Shown here piece after piece: positions 55,901 through 64,000 of a DNA stretch of 64,000 nt; the stretch's first letter is position 1, and each line of letters begins with the position of its first letter. The stretch is from Bacteroidales bacterium (GTDB lineage Bacteria > Bacteroidota > Bacteroidia > Bacteroidales > DTU049): NCBI GenBank assembly GCA_012520175.1, contig JAAYOU010000029.1, positions 8,867 to 72,866 on the forward strand, read 5' to 3'. The position numbers and the translations under genes were made by a program. The notes beneath the pieces are model-generated. The model was not told where the DNA came from. It searched no databases and saw nothing but the letters and a program-made list of their open reading frames with translations.

Positions 55901-58288
55901 AAAAACAGCTATACTTCGTATCTTTGGTCAACTGGAGAAACAACTGATTCTATAACTGTAAACAAATCTGGCGAATATTGGATAAAAACTGTTGATATTT
56001 TTGGTAAAACATCTTATGATACTATAAATGTTAAATACCAATATAAACCTATACCAGACACCTTTCTCTGTATTGATGATACAATAAATATTCCCTCAGG
56101 ACTTGATAATACATATTCTTTTTTATGGAGTAATGGTGATACAAATAATGTTGCTACAGTTTTCACTCCCGGAAAATGGTGGGTTGATATTACAGACAAA
56201 AGCTCTAATCTTTGTTCAATCAGAGATTCTTTTGTTGTAGCTATAGACTCCTTCCCTGCAAAAGCAACGTTAGGACAAGATACTTCTTTATGTTCAGGAA
56301 ATAGTATTTCTTTAGTTTCAGGAGTTGAACCAGATATTAATTATTTGTGGAGTACAGGCAGCACAGAAAATTCAGCTATTGTATCCTCTGCAGGGAACTA
56401 TTGGGTATCTGCTACGAACAAAAACAATTGTGTTTTAAAAGACACCATTAATGTGTCCATAAAAGGTATTAAACCAACCGTCGCTTTTACAGCAACAACA
56501 TCGTGCCAAAATGAGCAAACATTATTTACAGACATGTCTTTTACACAACTACCTGACAATATTGCAACATGGCAATGGGATTTTGATAATCAGGGCTTTT
56601 CTGTTTTACAAAACCCTAGTTTTAAATTTAATTCTCATGGCGATTATAATGTAAAGCTGGTTGTTTCAAGTGTTAATGGCTGCATTGGCGACACCACAAT
56701 AACTGTCCATGTTCGTTCTTTACCAGAGGTGGATTTTTCACCAATTAACGGATGTAATAACAAAAGTATTGAATTTAAGGATCAGTCTAAAATTGGCGAG
56801 GGTCCTTTGTTTTCATGGCAATGGAGCTTTGGTGACGGGCAAACCTCAAATACTCAAAACCCTACATATACTTATTTAGACACAGGTTTATATACAATAA
56901 AACTAATAGCTCAAGATATTTTTGGCTGTAAAGACTCTCTAGAAAAAAACATAAAAATCAAGCTCAGTCCAAAGACAACATTTGAATTTAAAAATGGCTG
57001 CATTGAACAGCCTATAAACTTTTATGAAACAACCTGCATGCCTGTATGGGCAAAAATAATAAATAGAAAATGGGAGTTTGGTGATGGATCATATTCTTGG
57101 TCAAAAAACCCAACCCATATTTACAATTCCTCTGGCGAATATACTGTAACTCTAAAAAATTACTCCATTAATGGGTGCATGGATTCTATAAGTAAAAATA
57201 TTATAATTCAAAAAACACCAACAGCTAACTTTAGCACAGGCAATACTTGTGAAGGACAATATGTGCAATTTGAAGACCAAAGTTTTGTAGAAAATGGAAG
57301 CATTGTTAAATGGCTTTGGGATTTTGGAAATAAACATACAGACTCTATTTCAAATCCAAAGATAATTTATCCAGACACAGGAACATACAATGTTAAACTT
57401 TCTGTTTTTTCTGAATTTGAATGCAAAAAAACTATTTCAAAAGATATAACTATTCACCCCATTACACCAAACGACTTTTCTTTTACCCCTGAATATGGTA
57501 TTCACCCTCTAAGTGTACAGTTTACAAACCTTAGCGAAGGAAACTTAACTCATCAATGGTTTTTTGGAGACGGAACATCATCTACAGAAACCAATCCATC
57601 TCACACATTCATAAACGAAAACATTTACGATGTATTATTAGTAAGCAAAAACGAGTTTAATTGCGTTGATTCTGCTTTTGGAATAGTTTTTGTTATTCCA
57701 TCTAAACTTGACTTAGTACTGGCAAAAATGAATGTTAAAGATAGCCTCAACAGCATATATATAGATGCTCTTTTTTTCAACAATGGCACACGAAATATTC
57801 GCCAAATAGCTCTTGATGCCAAAATAAACAACGGTTTGCCATTAAGAGAAGTTTGGAATGGGCTTATAAAGCCTGGAGAATATGGCTATTATAAGTTTGT
57901 TTCATCATTTCCAAAAGTGAATGAGAGTTCTATTCGCATGATTTGCTTGACAATTTCCGCTTTAGATGCAATTGGGCAAGAAGATATTGACCTTCAAAAT
58001 AATTCCGCTTGCTACACTCTTTCAGATGATTTCTTTGCAGAACAAGTTATGCCAAATCCTGCAAAAGAAAGCATTTATACTGATATTGCTTTACCAATTT
58101 CAGGAAATATTATTGCTTCAATAATAAGCCTAGAAGGAAAAGAAATTTGGAAAGAAAGCATAGATTCAGAAGCTGGTATTTTGCGTTTAAAAATAGATAT
58201 TTCTTCTTTTACTGATGGAATATACGTATTAAAAATACAATATAAAGACAAAGCTGAATTCTTTAAATTTGTTAAAGTTTCCCATTAA
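52979..58288 (+). CDS. giant T9SS-secreted protein (2 LamG/ConA-like domains, Cys-containing WSTG(D/E)T modules, about 7 PKD-like domains, T9SS C-terminal domain)
   Basis: I prefer ATG 52979 (MKKLFTIILIILSIIDTVNSQ) to the TTG at 52952. PKD signatures such as W.(F/W)GDG..S...NP.H.Y...G.Y.V.L recur. The C-terminus MPNPAKESIYTDIALP...DGIYVLKIQYKDK is Por_Secre_tail-like. Confidence 0.8.
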   Translation: MKKLFTIILIILSIIDTVNSQSLPQENLQLWLRADSVEIIDGKVARWYDLSSNEHVIQQTNPEYRPIQIISELNSQPSIYFNGTNNYFDGGNILNIGYASQTMFVIAKSEKNRGSILSKTLTGPAANRYGLLFSDNISFFFWDNTERRIATDLIMNKFLYLNTIIDKQINKNFFNVNNDLIGEKTIVANHNMTSSYNFLIGASANNTGGLPPYNASYFQGEISEILIFDTVLSPENFNLVENYLFDKYTEKLDLGEDINIDYGFCDTSLTVSDSFTDILWSTGDTSKSIQVNKSGYYSVSAKDIFGRTQYDTVFVKFPSPNISNSNICLGDSILYSPILTGTYFYLWSDLSSEPEKYYSEQGDYWLRIEDNKACVDTVFFSITFDYFKDSIDLGSDTSLCAGNTLKLKKGENLCSSFLWSPSGNTNSSEIVNETGWYKLEVYNENSCYARDSIFVNIIGTAPSINYSVENLCFGDTTVFYDNSSPSPDILSWKWIINENDTIFSQNAEYVFSDIGQQNIQLFIKTSGCDNNLDFSVNIKPKAQISFTALPSCSGIENQFISSVNIPSFTNVSSYSWQMNNIKIGTEVNLSYLFPSVGDYNLNFELVLDNGCVSSYDSIINVQNSYPLPEYFSAIFPKNNYLLSSDSQKIDFTWNFPPDAKFFKLQFSDTQNFSNILYETENIFNNTYSYDLSLLPIDSIFWRIQAYNFCEDFATSNTYLIYKFSPTNLSNLALWLRADSVEIIDGKVVRWYDLSSNEHIIQQTNPEYRPIKIISELNSQPSVYFNGTNNYFDGGNILNIGYASQTMFVIAKSEKNRGSILSKTLTGPTANRYGLLFSDNISFFFWDNTERRIATDLIMNKFLYLNTIVDKQINKIFFNVNNDYIGEKIIAANYDMTSTYNFLIGASANNTGGLPPYNTSYFQGEISEILIFDTVLSSKDFTLVENYLLSKYIPPVNLGADINIPYGLCPQTLKTKNSYTSYLWSTGETTDSITVNKSGEYWIKTVDIFGKTSYDTINVKYQYKPIPDTFLCIDDTINIPSGLDNTYSFLWSNGDTNNVATVFTPGKWWVDITDKSSNLCSIRDSFVVAIDSFPAKATLGQDTSLCSGNSISLVSGVEPDINYLWSTGSTENSAIVSSAGNYWVSATNKNNCVLKDTINVSIKGIKPTVAFTATTSCQNEQTLFTDMSFTQLPDNIATWQWDFDNQGFSVLQNPSFKFNSHGDYNVKLVVSSVNGCIGDTTITVHVRSLPEVDFSPINGCNNKSIEFKDQSKIGEGPLFSWQWSFGDGQTSNTQNPTYTYLDTGLYTIKLIAQDIFGCKDSLEKNIKIKLSPKTTFEFKNGCIEQPINFYETTCMPVWAKIINRKWEFGDGSYSWSKNPTHIYNSSGEYTVTLKNYSINGCMDSISKNIIIQKTPTANFSTGNTCEGQYVQFEDQSFVENGSIVKWLWDFGNKHTDSISNPKIIYPDTGTYNVKLSVFSEFECKKTISKDITIHPITPNDFSFTPEYGIHPLSVQFTNLSEGNLTHQWFFGDGTSSTETNPSHTFINENIYDVLLVSKNEFNCVDSAFGIVFVIPSKLDLVLAKMNVKDSLNSIYIDALFFNNGTRNIRQIALDAKINNGLPLREVWNGLIKPGEYGYYKFVSSFPKVNESSIRMICLTISALDAIGQEDIDLQNNSACYTLSDDFFAEQVMPNPAKESIYTDIALPISGNIIASIISLEGKEIWKESIDSEAGILRLKIDISSFTDGIYVLKIQYKDKAEFFKFVKVSH
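53067..53722 (+). repeat. in-gene duplication, copy 1 (LamG-like domain)
   Basis: It aligns colinearly with 55176-55831 at an in-frame offset of exactly 2109 nt. Only scattered substitutions are seen, with long identical runs such as the aatattggatatgcttctcaaactatgtttgtaattgcaaaatctgaaaaaaa region. Confidence 0.85.
55176..55831 (+). repeat. in-gene duplication, copy 2 (LamG-like domain)
   Basis: See copy 1. The protein segments LWLRADSVEIIDGKV...GEISEILIFDTVLS are nearly identical. Confidence 0.85.
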
Positions 58289-58316
58289 TAAAATTAAGTC
58301 CTAAAAAACTTTTTAT

Positions 58317-58823
58317 ATGAAAAATCTAAAAAAAGCACCAAAAATTTCTTTTCCTGTAATCATTTTGTTTTTTTTATTACCCTTTGTAACTGTTAAATGT
58401 GGCGATTATAAAATTGCAAGACTTAACGGAATAGATTTGGTTACTGGAACTCAGATTACACCTCAAAATTCAGGTGAAGATCCTGTAAAAGTTGACCCAA
58501 ATATTTTTGTAATTGCTGCACTATCATTAGCTGTTATAGGCGGAATATTAGCGTTTTTAAAATTCAAATTAAAAAACATTATTCTACTTGTTATTTGCAT
58601 TTTAGGTGTTGCAGCTCTAATTGCTTTTTATTTCAACGCTAAAGATTCTGAAGCCGGGCAAGGAACATTTGTTATAATTATCTCAATGGGAGTTGGATAT
58701 TACCTGACTTTGCTGGGATTTTTATTTAATTCTTTTGTTTTTGGCTATGAATTAGCAAATAAAGAAAACTCGGAAATTCAAAAAACTACTGATAACGCTG
58801 CTGGAAACGAAACAAATATTTAA
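58317..58823 (+). CDS. membrane protein of unknown function
   Basis: 168-aa ORF with an N-terminal hydrophobic segment and three further predicted helices. Confidence 0.45.
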   Translation: MKNLKKAPKISFPVIILFFLLPFVTVKCGDYKIARLNGIDLVTGTQITPQNSGEDPVKVDPNIFVIAALSLAVIGGILAFLKFKLKNIILLVICILGVAALIAFYFNAKDSEAGQGTFVIIISMGVGYYLTLLGFLFNSFVFGYELANKENSEIQKTTDNAAGNETNI

Positions 58824-58837
58824 ATCATTGGGGATGT

Positions 58838-59005
58838 TTATTTTTTCTTCCAATTTTTTACAATATCCATGACATAATCTTCGTCAGTAGTACCTCTAAC
58901 AGCTGAATGCCAAGCATGAATATATAATTTCTCTTTTATATCATAATAATGATTATTATATTCTGTTATTTGTTTTTCTGCATTTTCTAAACCATAAAAG
59001 TCATA
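58838..59005 (-). pseudogene. start-less 55-codon ORF fragment abutting the IS end
   Basis: It reads YDFYGLENAEKQITEYNNHYYDIKEKLYIHAWHSAVRGTTDEDYVMDIVKNWKKK*. There is no start codon. It begins immediately after, and in frame with, the TAA that ends the truncated transposase ORF. Confidence 0.3.
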
Positions 59006-59812
59006 TTAAGGTAGTGTCCAAAAAAGTGTGTAATTTTTCTTTTCTTTACTAGGGAAAACAGCCTGTATATTCCTTTTTAAATGAACAACGTAGAATTGAT
59101 GTTTGCTGTTTGGAAAGACACGTTTAACTGCATCTTCAATGCCTGCAAGAGCGTCCGATACAAATAAACCTACACTCTCAACGCCGCGTTCTTTAAGATT
59201 ACACAATTCTTCTTCCCATTGCAAAGAGCCTTCTGTGGGATGATTTACAACTGATAATACTTCTCGTGTTCCGTCTTCTTTAACACCAAGAAGTGTGTAG
59301 TAACCCTCTTTGCTGACACTATCTTCTCTACGTGTATGAACAAAGGTTGCATCAAAGAAAACAACTAAATAATGACTTTCCAAACGGCGAGATAACCATG
59401 TGTGAACATGGGCTTTGCTTGCTTTCATTAAATAGCTGATTTGTTGCTTACTGTAATCTTTGCCATATAAATCATTAAATACATCGCCGATTTGTTCGGT
59501 AGTCAAACCCTTTGAATACAAGCTAAATATCAATTTGCGACGCTCTTCATCTTCATTGCGGATTATAGCAAGAAGCGTCGGATAAAACAAACCACTGCGA
59601 GTGTGAGGAACCTTTAAAACTAGTTCTTTTGAATGTCCCATAGCTTTACAGTAACGATAACCATTACCGTATTCTTTTGGGTTTTCTCGCTGATGCAGAT
59701 CTCGTTCTGCTTTCATAAATACATCCAAGGTTAAATTTAATAACAAATGAGTTCCTCCCTCTTTTGCTAATTCAACTAAAATTTCCGAAATTTGTTCTTG
59801 TGTAAAGTTCAT
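59006..59812 (-). pseudogene. IS256-family (mutator-type) transposase, C-terminally truncated
   Basis: 268 aa. VPHTRSGLFYPTLL, GLTTEQIGDVFNDLYG, VVFFDATFVHTR, YTLLGVKEDGTREVL, LFVSDALAGIEDAVKRVFP and YVVHLKRN follow the order of IS256-type transposases. The ORF ends about 45 aa after the second catalytic Asp context, so the Glu-bearing C-terminal third is missing. Confidence 0.8.
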
Positions 59813-59888
59813 TTTTGAAAAATTTTTTTGTTTAGAATTTAAATATAATCAAATTTGACTTTACACACTTCTTTAGGACAGTATCCTT
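59008..59888 (-). mobile_element. internally deleted IS256-like element (about 0.88 kb) bounded by imperfect terminal inverted repeats
   Basis: The reverse complement of 59008-59033 (ttacacacttttttggacactacctt) aligns with 59861-59888 (ttacacacttctttaggacagtatcctt). Ten bases match at the inner end, and 23 of 28 match overall with two 1-nt gaps. Confidence 0.6.
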
Positions 59889-59900
59889 TTTATTACATAT

Positions 59901-59942
59901 TTAGTCAGTCCTTAAAAAATGCCTTTTTTAAGGACTGACTAA
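59901..59942 (-). terminator. perfect 19-bp stem-loop downstream of the tandem-repeat adhesin gene
   Basis: ttagtcagtccttaaaaaa (59901-59919), loop tgcc, then ttttttaaggactgactaa (59924-59942). The hairpin lies 22 nt after the stop at 59964. Confidence 0.6.
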
Positions 59943-59963
59943 ATAATAATGTAATATTAAAAC

Positions 59964-62900
59964 CTATTTTTCAATAATTACTTTATAAGTAAATGTTTTT
60001 TCCTCATTTATAAATCTAATATTATAAATACCTGGCTCAACATTACTTATGTCTAAACTAACAACACTTCCATGTTTCATTTCAGACAAATCTTCTGTTT
60101 TTATTAATTTGCCTATAACATCATAAACTTCAACATATAAGTTTCCTTTTTTATTTCCTAATATTTCAATATTTACAATACCATTTGAAGGATTTGGATA
60201 TACAGAAATACTTGATCCTTCAAATTCCATAATAGATGATTCTACATCAATAAGTATTGAAATTTCACTTTGACACATTTCATTATAAGCAATCAATGAT
60301 ACATCATATATTCTATTATCAGTATAAACATGAACAGGATTTTCTTCTGTTGAAGTTGTTCCATCTCCAAATGACCATTGATATGAAGTAGCATTTAAAG
60401 AAGTATTTGTAAAGGAAACTGTTAAACCATTCACATCATATGCAAATGACGCTGTTGGAATAGCAAGAACATTGATTGCTGTTGAAGTAGAGTATTCTAC
60501 ATTGCATTCTCCACTTTGAACAACAGCTCTATATTCCCATGTTGCTGCTAAACCCACAACAGCTAAGTCTGCAATCTCAGAGAATGATTCAAAACCTGCA
60601 GATCCTGGTATATTTATCCATGCCCCACCATTAATTCTGCGTTGCCATGTTAAAACATCTCCAACATTACCACTTAACATAATCATGCCTGTAGATTCTC
60701 CTTGGCAAATTTCTGTTTGCACACTGCTCATTGAGCCTCCTACTGTTACTGGAGAAATTGAAACACTTACAATATCTGAAGAAACAGGACTATTTACAAC
60801 GCAAGTAGCATTAGATGTTAAAATACATTTTACTTCATCCCCATTATTAAGTGTACTTGAAGTAAAAGTACTTGTGCTAATTCCAACATCCACATTATTT
60901 ATAAGCCATTGATATGTTGGATTTGTACCTCCATTTGTAATATTAGTGTTGAAAGATATTGGTGTTCCTTCACAAACAGATGTAGATGGAGAAGCTATAA
61001 CCTCAATACCTGCTTTAATAGATTCTATTACACTCATGGTTATACTTTCTGTCGCTGGATTATTAGTTGCACAAACAAGATCTGATGTTACAGAACAAGC
61101 AACAACATCACCATTTAACAATGCATCTGTGCTAAATTCATTGCTGTTTGTACCAACATTATTTCCATTTACTGTCCATTGATATACAGGATTTGCTCCT
61201 CCATTAGTTGGTGTTGCAATAAAGTTTACTAATGTTCCTGAACAAATAGTAGTTTCACTTGCAACAACATTTAAACTTACAGCATGGCTTTCTATAACAG
61301 ACATTGTTACTGAATTACTTGCTACAGCATTACTTGTTACACAAGTCACACTTGATGTAAGAATACAAGACACAACATCGCCATCTGATAATGAAGTACT
61401 AGTATATGTAGCACTGTTTGATCCTACATTAGTTCCATTTAATTTCCATTGATAGGTTGGGGTAGTACCGCCATTGATAGGTGTTGCAACAAAGGTTACT
61501 AAAGTTCCTGAACAAATAGAGGTTTCACTGGCAACAATACTTATACTTGGTGTTACATTGGCTATAACAGACATCGTTACTGGGTCACTTGTTGCAGTAC
61601 TGCTTATTACACAAGTTAAACTTGATGTGAGAACACATGTTACAACATCGCCATTTGATAATGATGCATTAGTATATGTAGCACTATCTGTTCCTACATC
61701 TGAGCCATTAAGCTTCCATTGATAAGAAGGCGCTATTCCTCCATTAGTTGGGGTTGCAGTAAAGGTCACAGATTCGCCTTCACAAACTGTTGTACCTGTA
61801 TTTGCAGATATACTTACAGATACTGGTAGATTTGAACCTACGGTCATTGATAAGCTATTCGATGTAGCTGGATTACCTGTTGCACAAACCGCATTCGATG
61901 TAAGAATACATGTTACAACATCGCCATTTGATAATGATGCATTAGTATATGTAGCACTATTTGTTCCTACATTAAATCCATTGAGCTTCCATTGATAAGA
62001 TGGTGTTGTACCACCATTGGTTGGTATCGCAGTAAAGGTTGCAGATTCGCCTTCACAAACTGTTGTGCCTGTATTTGCAGATATGCTTACAGAAACTGGT
62101 AAATTTGGATTTACAGTCATTAACAAGCTATTCGATGTTGCTGGACTTTCTGCTGCACAGGTTGCACTTGAAGTAAGAACACAAGTTACTGCATCACCAT
62201 TCAATAAAGATGTACTAGTATATGTAGAACTATTCGTGCCTACATCCGATCCATTAACCTGCCATTGATAGGTAGGAGCAGTACCACCATTGGTTGGAGT
62301 TGCGGTAAAAGTTACAGATTCGCCTTCACAAATTGTAGTGCCCGGATTTGCTGAGATACTTACTGATACTGGTAAATTCGGATTTACAGTCATTGTTAAG
62401 ATATTAGATGTTGCTGGACTGCCTGTTGCACAGGTTGCACTTGAAGTAAGAACACAAGTTACTACATCTCCATCTGCTAATGATGCATTGGTATATGTGG
62501 AACTATTGCTGCCTACAGCTGATCCATTAAGCTTCCATTGATATGTTGGGGCTGTTCCTCCATTAATTGGAGTTGCTGTAAAGATTACAGATTCGCCTTC
62601 ACAAATTGTAGTGCCAGGATTTGCTGAGATGCTTACTGATACTGGTAAATTTGGATTTACAGTCATTGTTAAGATATTAGATGTTGCTGGACTACCTGTT
62701 GCACAAGTTGCATTGGAGGTAAGAACACAAGTTATAGTATCTCCGTCCGATAACGATGCATTAGTATATGTAGTATTGTTGGTACCAACATCGGTTCCAT
62801 TAAGTTTCCATTGATAAAAAGGTGTTGTGCCTCCATTGGTTGGTATTGCGGTAAAAGTTACAGATTCGCCTTCACAAATGGTGGTCCCCGGATTTGCTGA

Positions 62901-64000
62901 AATACTTACAGAAGCTGGTAAATTCGGATTTACAGTCATTGTTAAGATATTAGATGTTGCTGGACTTCCTGTTGCACAGGTTGCACTTGAAGTAAGAACA
63001 CAAGTTACTATATCTCCATCTGCTAATGATGCATTGGTATATGTGGAGCTATTACTACCTACAGCTGATCCATTAAGATGCCATTGATATGTTGGTGCTG
63101 TTCCTCCATTAGTTGGAATTGCGGTAAAGATTACAGATTCACCATCACAAATTGTAGTGCCCGGATTTGCCGAGATGCTTACTGATACTGGTAAATTTGG
63201 ATTTACAGTCATTGTTAAGATATTAGATGTAGCTGGACTACCGGTTGCACAAACTGCATTTGAGGTAAGAATACAAGTTACTGTATCTCCGTCTGATAAT
63301 GATGCATTAGTATATGTAGCATTGTTGCTGCCTACAGCTAATCCATTAAGCTGCCATTGATATGTCGGGGCTGTACCACCATTGGTTGGGATTGCGGTAA
63401 AGGTTACAGATTCACCTTCACAAATTGTAGTGCCCGGATTTGCCGAGATGCTTACAGAAACTGGTAAGTTTGGATTTACGGTCATTGTTAAGATATTAGA
63501 TGTAGCTAAACTATCCGTTACACAAACCGCATTTGATGTAAGAACACAGATTACTGTATCTCCATCTGATAATGAAGCATTTGTATATGTGGCAATATTG
63601 CTGCCTACATCTAATCCATTAAGCTGCCATTGATATGTCGGGGCTGTTCCTCCATTTATTGGTGTTGCTGTAAAGATTACAGATTCGCCTTCACAAATGG
63701 TGGTACCCGGATTTGCTGAAATACTTACAGAAGCTGGTAAATTCGGATTTACAGTCATTGTTAAGATATTAGAAGTAGCTGGACTACCGGTTGCACAAGT
63801 TGCATTGGAGGTGAGAACACAAGTTACTGTATCTCCGTCTGATAATGATGCATTTGTATATGTAGTATTGTTGGTACCAACATCAGTTCCATTAAGTTTC
63901 CACTGATAAGAAGGTGTTGTACCTCCATTGGTTGGTATTGCGGTAAAGGTTACAGATTCGCCTTCACAAATGGTGGTACCCGGATTTGCTGAAATACTTA
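59964..64000 (-). CDS. giant T9SS-secreted adhesin-like protein, C-terminal part (5' end beyond the window)
   Basis: The frame stays open from 63758 to the window edge. At least 11 tandem Cys-containing Ig-like modules of 91 aa are present (MTVNPNLP.SVSISANPGTTICEGESV.FTA.P.NGGT.P.YQW.LNG..VG.N..TYTNASL.DGD.V.C.LTS...C). These are followed by a PKD domain (YQWSFGDGTTSTEENPVHVY) and a T9SS C-terminal domain (VYPNPSNGIVNIE...PGIYNIRFINEEK). Confidence 0.85.
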   Translation of the reverse strand, partial: SISANPGTTICEGESVTFTAIPTNGGTTPSYQWKLNGTDVGTNNTTYTNASLSDGDTVTCVLTSNATCATGSPATSNILTMTVNPNLPASVSISANPGTTICEGESVIFTATPINGGTAPTYQWQLNGLDVGSNIATYTNASLSDGDTVICVLTSNAVCVTDSLATSNILTMTVNPNLPVSVSISANPGTTICEGESVTFTAIPTNGGTAPTYQWQLNGLAVGSNNATYTNASLSDGDTVTCILTSNAVCATGSPATSNILTMTVNPNLPVSVSISANPGTTICDGESVIFTAIPTNGGTAPTYQWHLNGSAVGSNSSTYTNASLADGDIVTCVLTSSATCATGSPATSNILTMTVNPNLPASVSISANPGTTICEGESVTFTAIPTNGGTTPFYQWKLNGTDVGTNNTTYTNASLSDGDTITCVLTSNATCATGSPATSNILTMTVNPNLPVSVSISANPGTTICEGESVIFTATPINGGTAPTYQWKLNGSAVGSNSSTYTNASLADGDVVTCVLTSSATCATGSPATSNILTMTVNPNLPVSVSISANPGTTICEGESVTFTATPTNGGTAPTYQWQVNGSDVGTNSSTYTSTSLLNGDAVTCVLTSSATCAAESPATSNSLLMTVNPNLPVSVSISANTGTTVCEGESATFTAIPTNGGTTPSYQWKLNGFNVGTNSATYTNASLSNGDVVTCILTSNAVCATGNPATSNSLSMTVGSNLPVSVSISANTGTTVCEGESVTFTATPTNGGIAPSYQWKLNGSDVGTDSATYTNASLSNGDVVTCVLTSSLTCVISSTATSDPVTMSVIANVTPSISIVASETSICSGTLVTFVATPINGGTTPTYQWKLNGTNVGSNSATYTSTSLSDGDVVSCILTSSVTCVTSNAVASNSVTMSVIESHAVSLNVVASETTICSGTLVNFIATPTNGGANPVYQWTVNGNNVGTNSNEFSTDALLNGDVVACSVTSDLVCATNNPATESITMSVIESIKAGIEVIASPSTSVCEGTPISFNTNITNGGTNPTYQWLINNVDVGISTSTFTSSTLNNGDEVKCILTSNATCVVNSPVSSDIVSVSISPVTVGGSMSSVQTEICQGESTGMIMLSGNVGDVLTWQRRINGGAWINIPGSAGFESFSEIADLAVVGLAATWEYRAVVQSGECNVEYSTSTAINVLAIPTASFAYDVNGLTVSFTNTSLNATSYQWSFGDGTTSTEENPVHVYTDNRIYDVSLIAYNEMCQSEISILIDVESSIMEFEGSSISVYPNPSNGIVNIEILGNKKGNLYVEVYDVIGKLIKTEDLSEMKHGSVVSLDISNVEPGIYNIRFINEEKTFTYKVIIEK
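60930..64000 (-). repeat. coding tandem repeat, 273-bp period, about 11 copies in the window
   Basis: The antisense shadow ORFs in the track recur with a 273-nt register (62017, 62290, 63382 and so on). Copies toward the 5' end of the gene are near-identical; copies toward 60930 are more diverged. Confidence 0.85.

Noticed and set aside
60685-63906. Series of plus-strand ORFs of 66-86 aa with near-identical peptides (MVG.AVKVTDSPSQ...)
   Set aside because: They recur every 273 nt because they are antisense shadows of the tandem coding repeat on the minus strand. They are not independent genes.
60930-64000. Possible CRISPR array, given the regular near-identical repeats
   Set aside because: The period is 273 nt with no unique spacers, the whole stretch is one continuous ORF encoding Ig-like modules, and no cas genes are present.

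Overview
Visibly AT-rich chromosomal segment from a diderm Bacteroidota. Supporting signs: type IX secretion (T9SS) C-terminal sorting domains on four large secreted proteins, a GldB-like gliding lipoprotein, a DUF4249 plus TonB-dependent receptor pair, and TAnnTTTG promoter boxes. About 55 protein genes are supported. Housekeeping genes: rluD, gpsA, glmS, glyQS, nadC, rlmH, an S41 protease, PPK2, a YafV-type amidase and an M49-like peptidase. A polysaccharide locus of about 16 kb (36645-52884) holds GT9, GT2 x3, a GT4-like gene, acyltransferase-3, an N-acetyl sugar amidotransferase, WbqC, GNAT, a pyruvyl transferase, a DegT aminotransferase and a flippase. A surface-protein island (52979-64000) holds two giant T9SS cargo genes flanking an internally deleted IS256-like element. 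The most system-like unexplained content is a translationally coupled six-gene operon (13733-21057). It combines Dlt logic (stand-alone adenylation enzyme, carrier protein, MBOAT) with an Alg/Pat-like pair of SGNH proteins, one carrying three LysM domains, plus a GNAT. I read it as a candidate envelope aminoacylation/acylation system whose acceptor is unknown in a host that lacks teichoic acid. Other second-look items: a BIME/REP-like mosaic repeat family in four intergenic regions, a decayed IS110-like remnant next to a structured non-coding stretch, a 273-bp coding tandem array with mosaic copies, and a 656-bp near-identical in-gene duplication. I found no rRNA, tRNA or CRISPR array. All family calls come from motif recognition by eye, with no database search.
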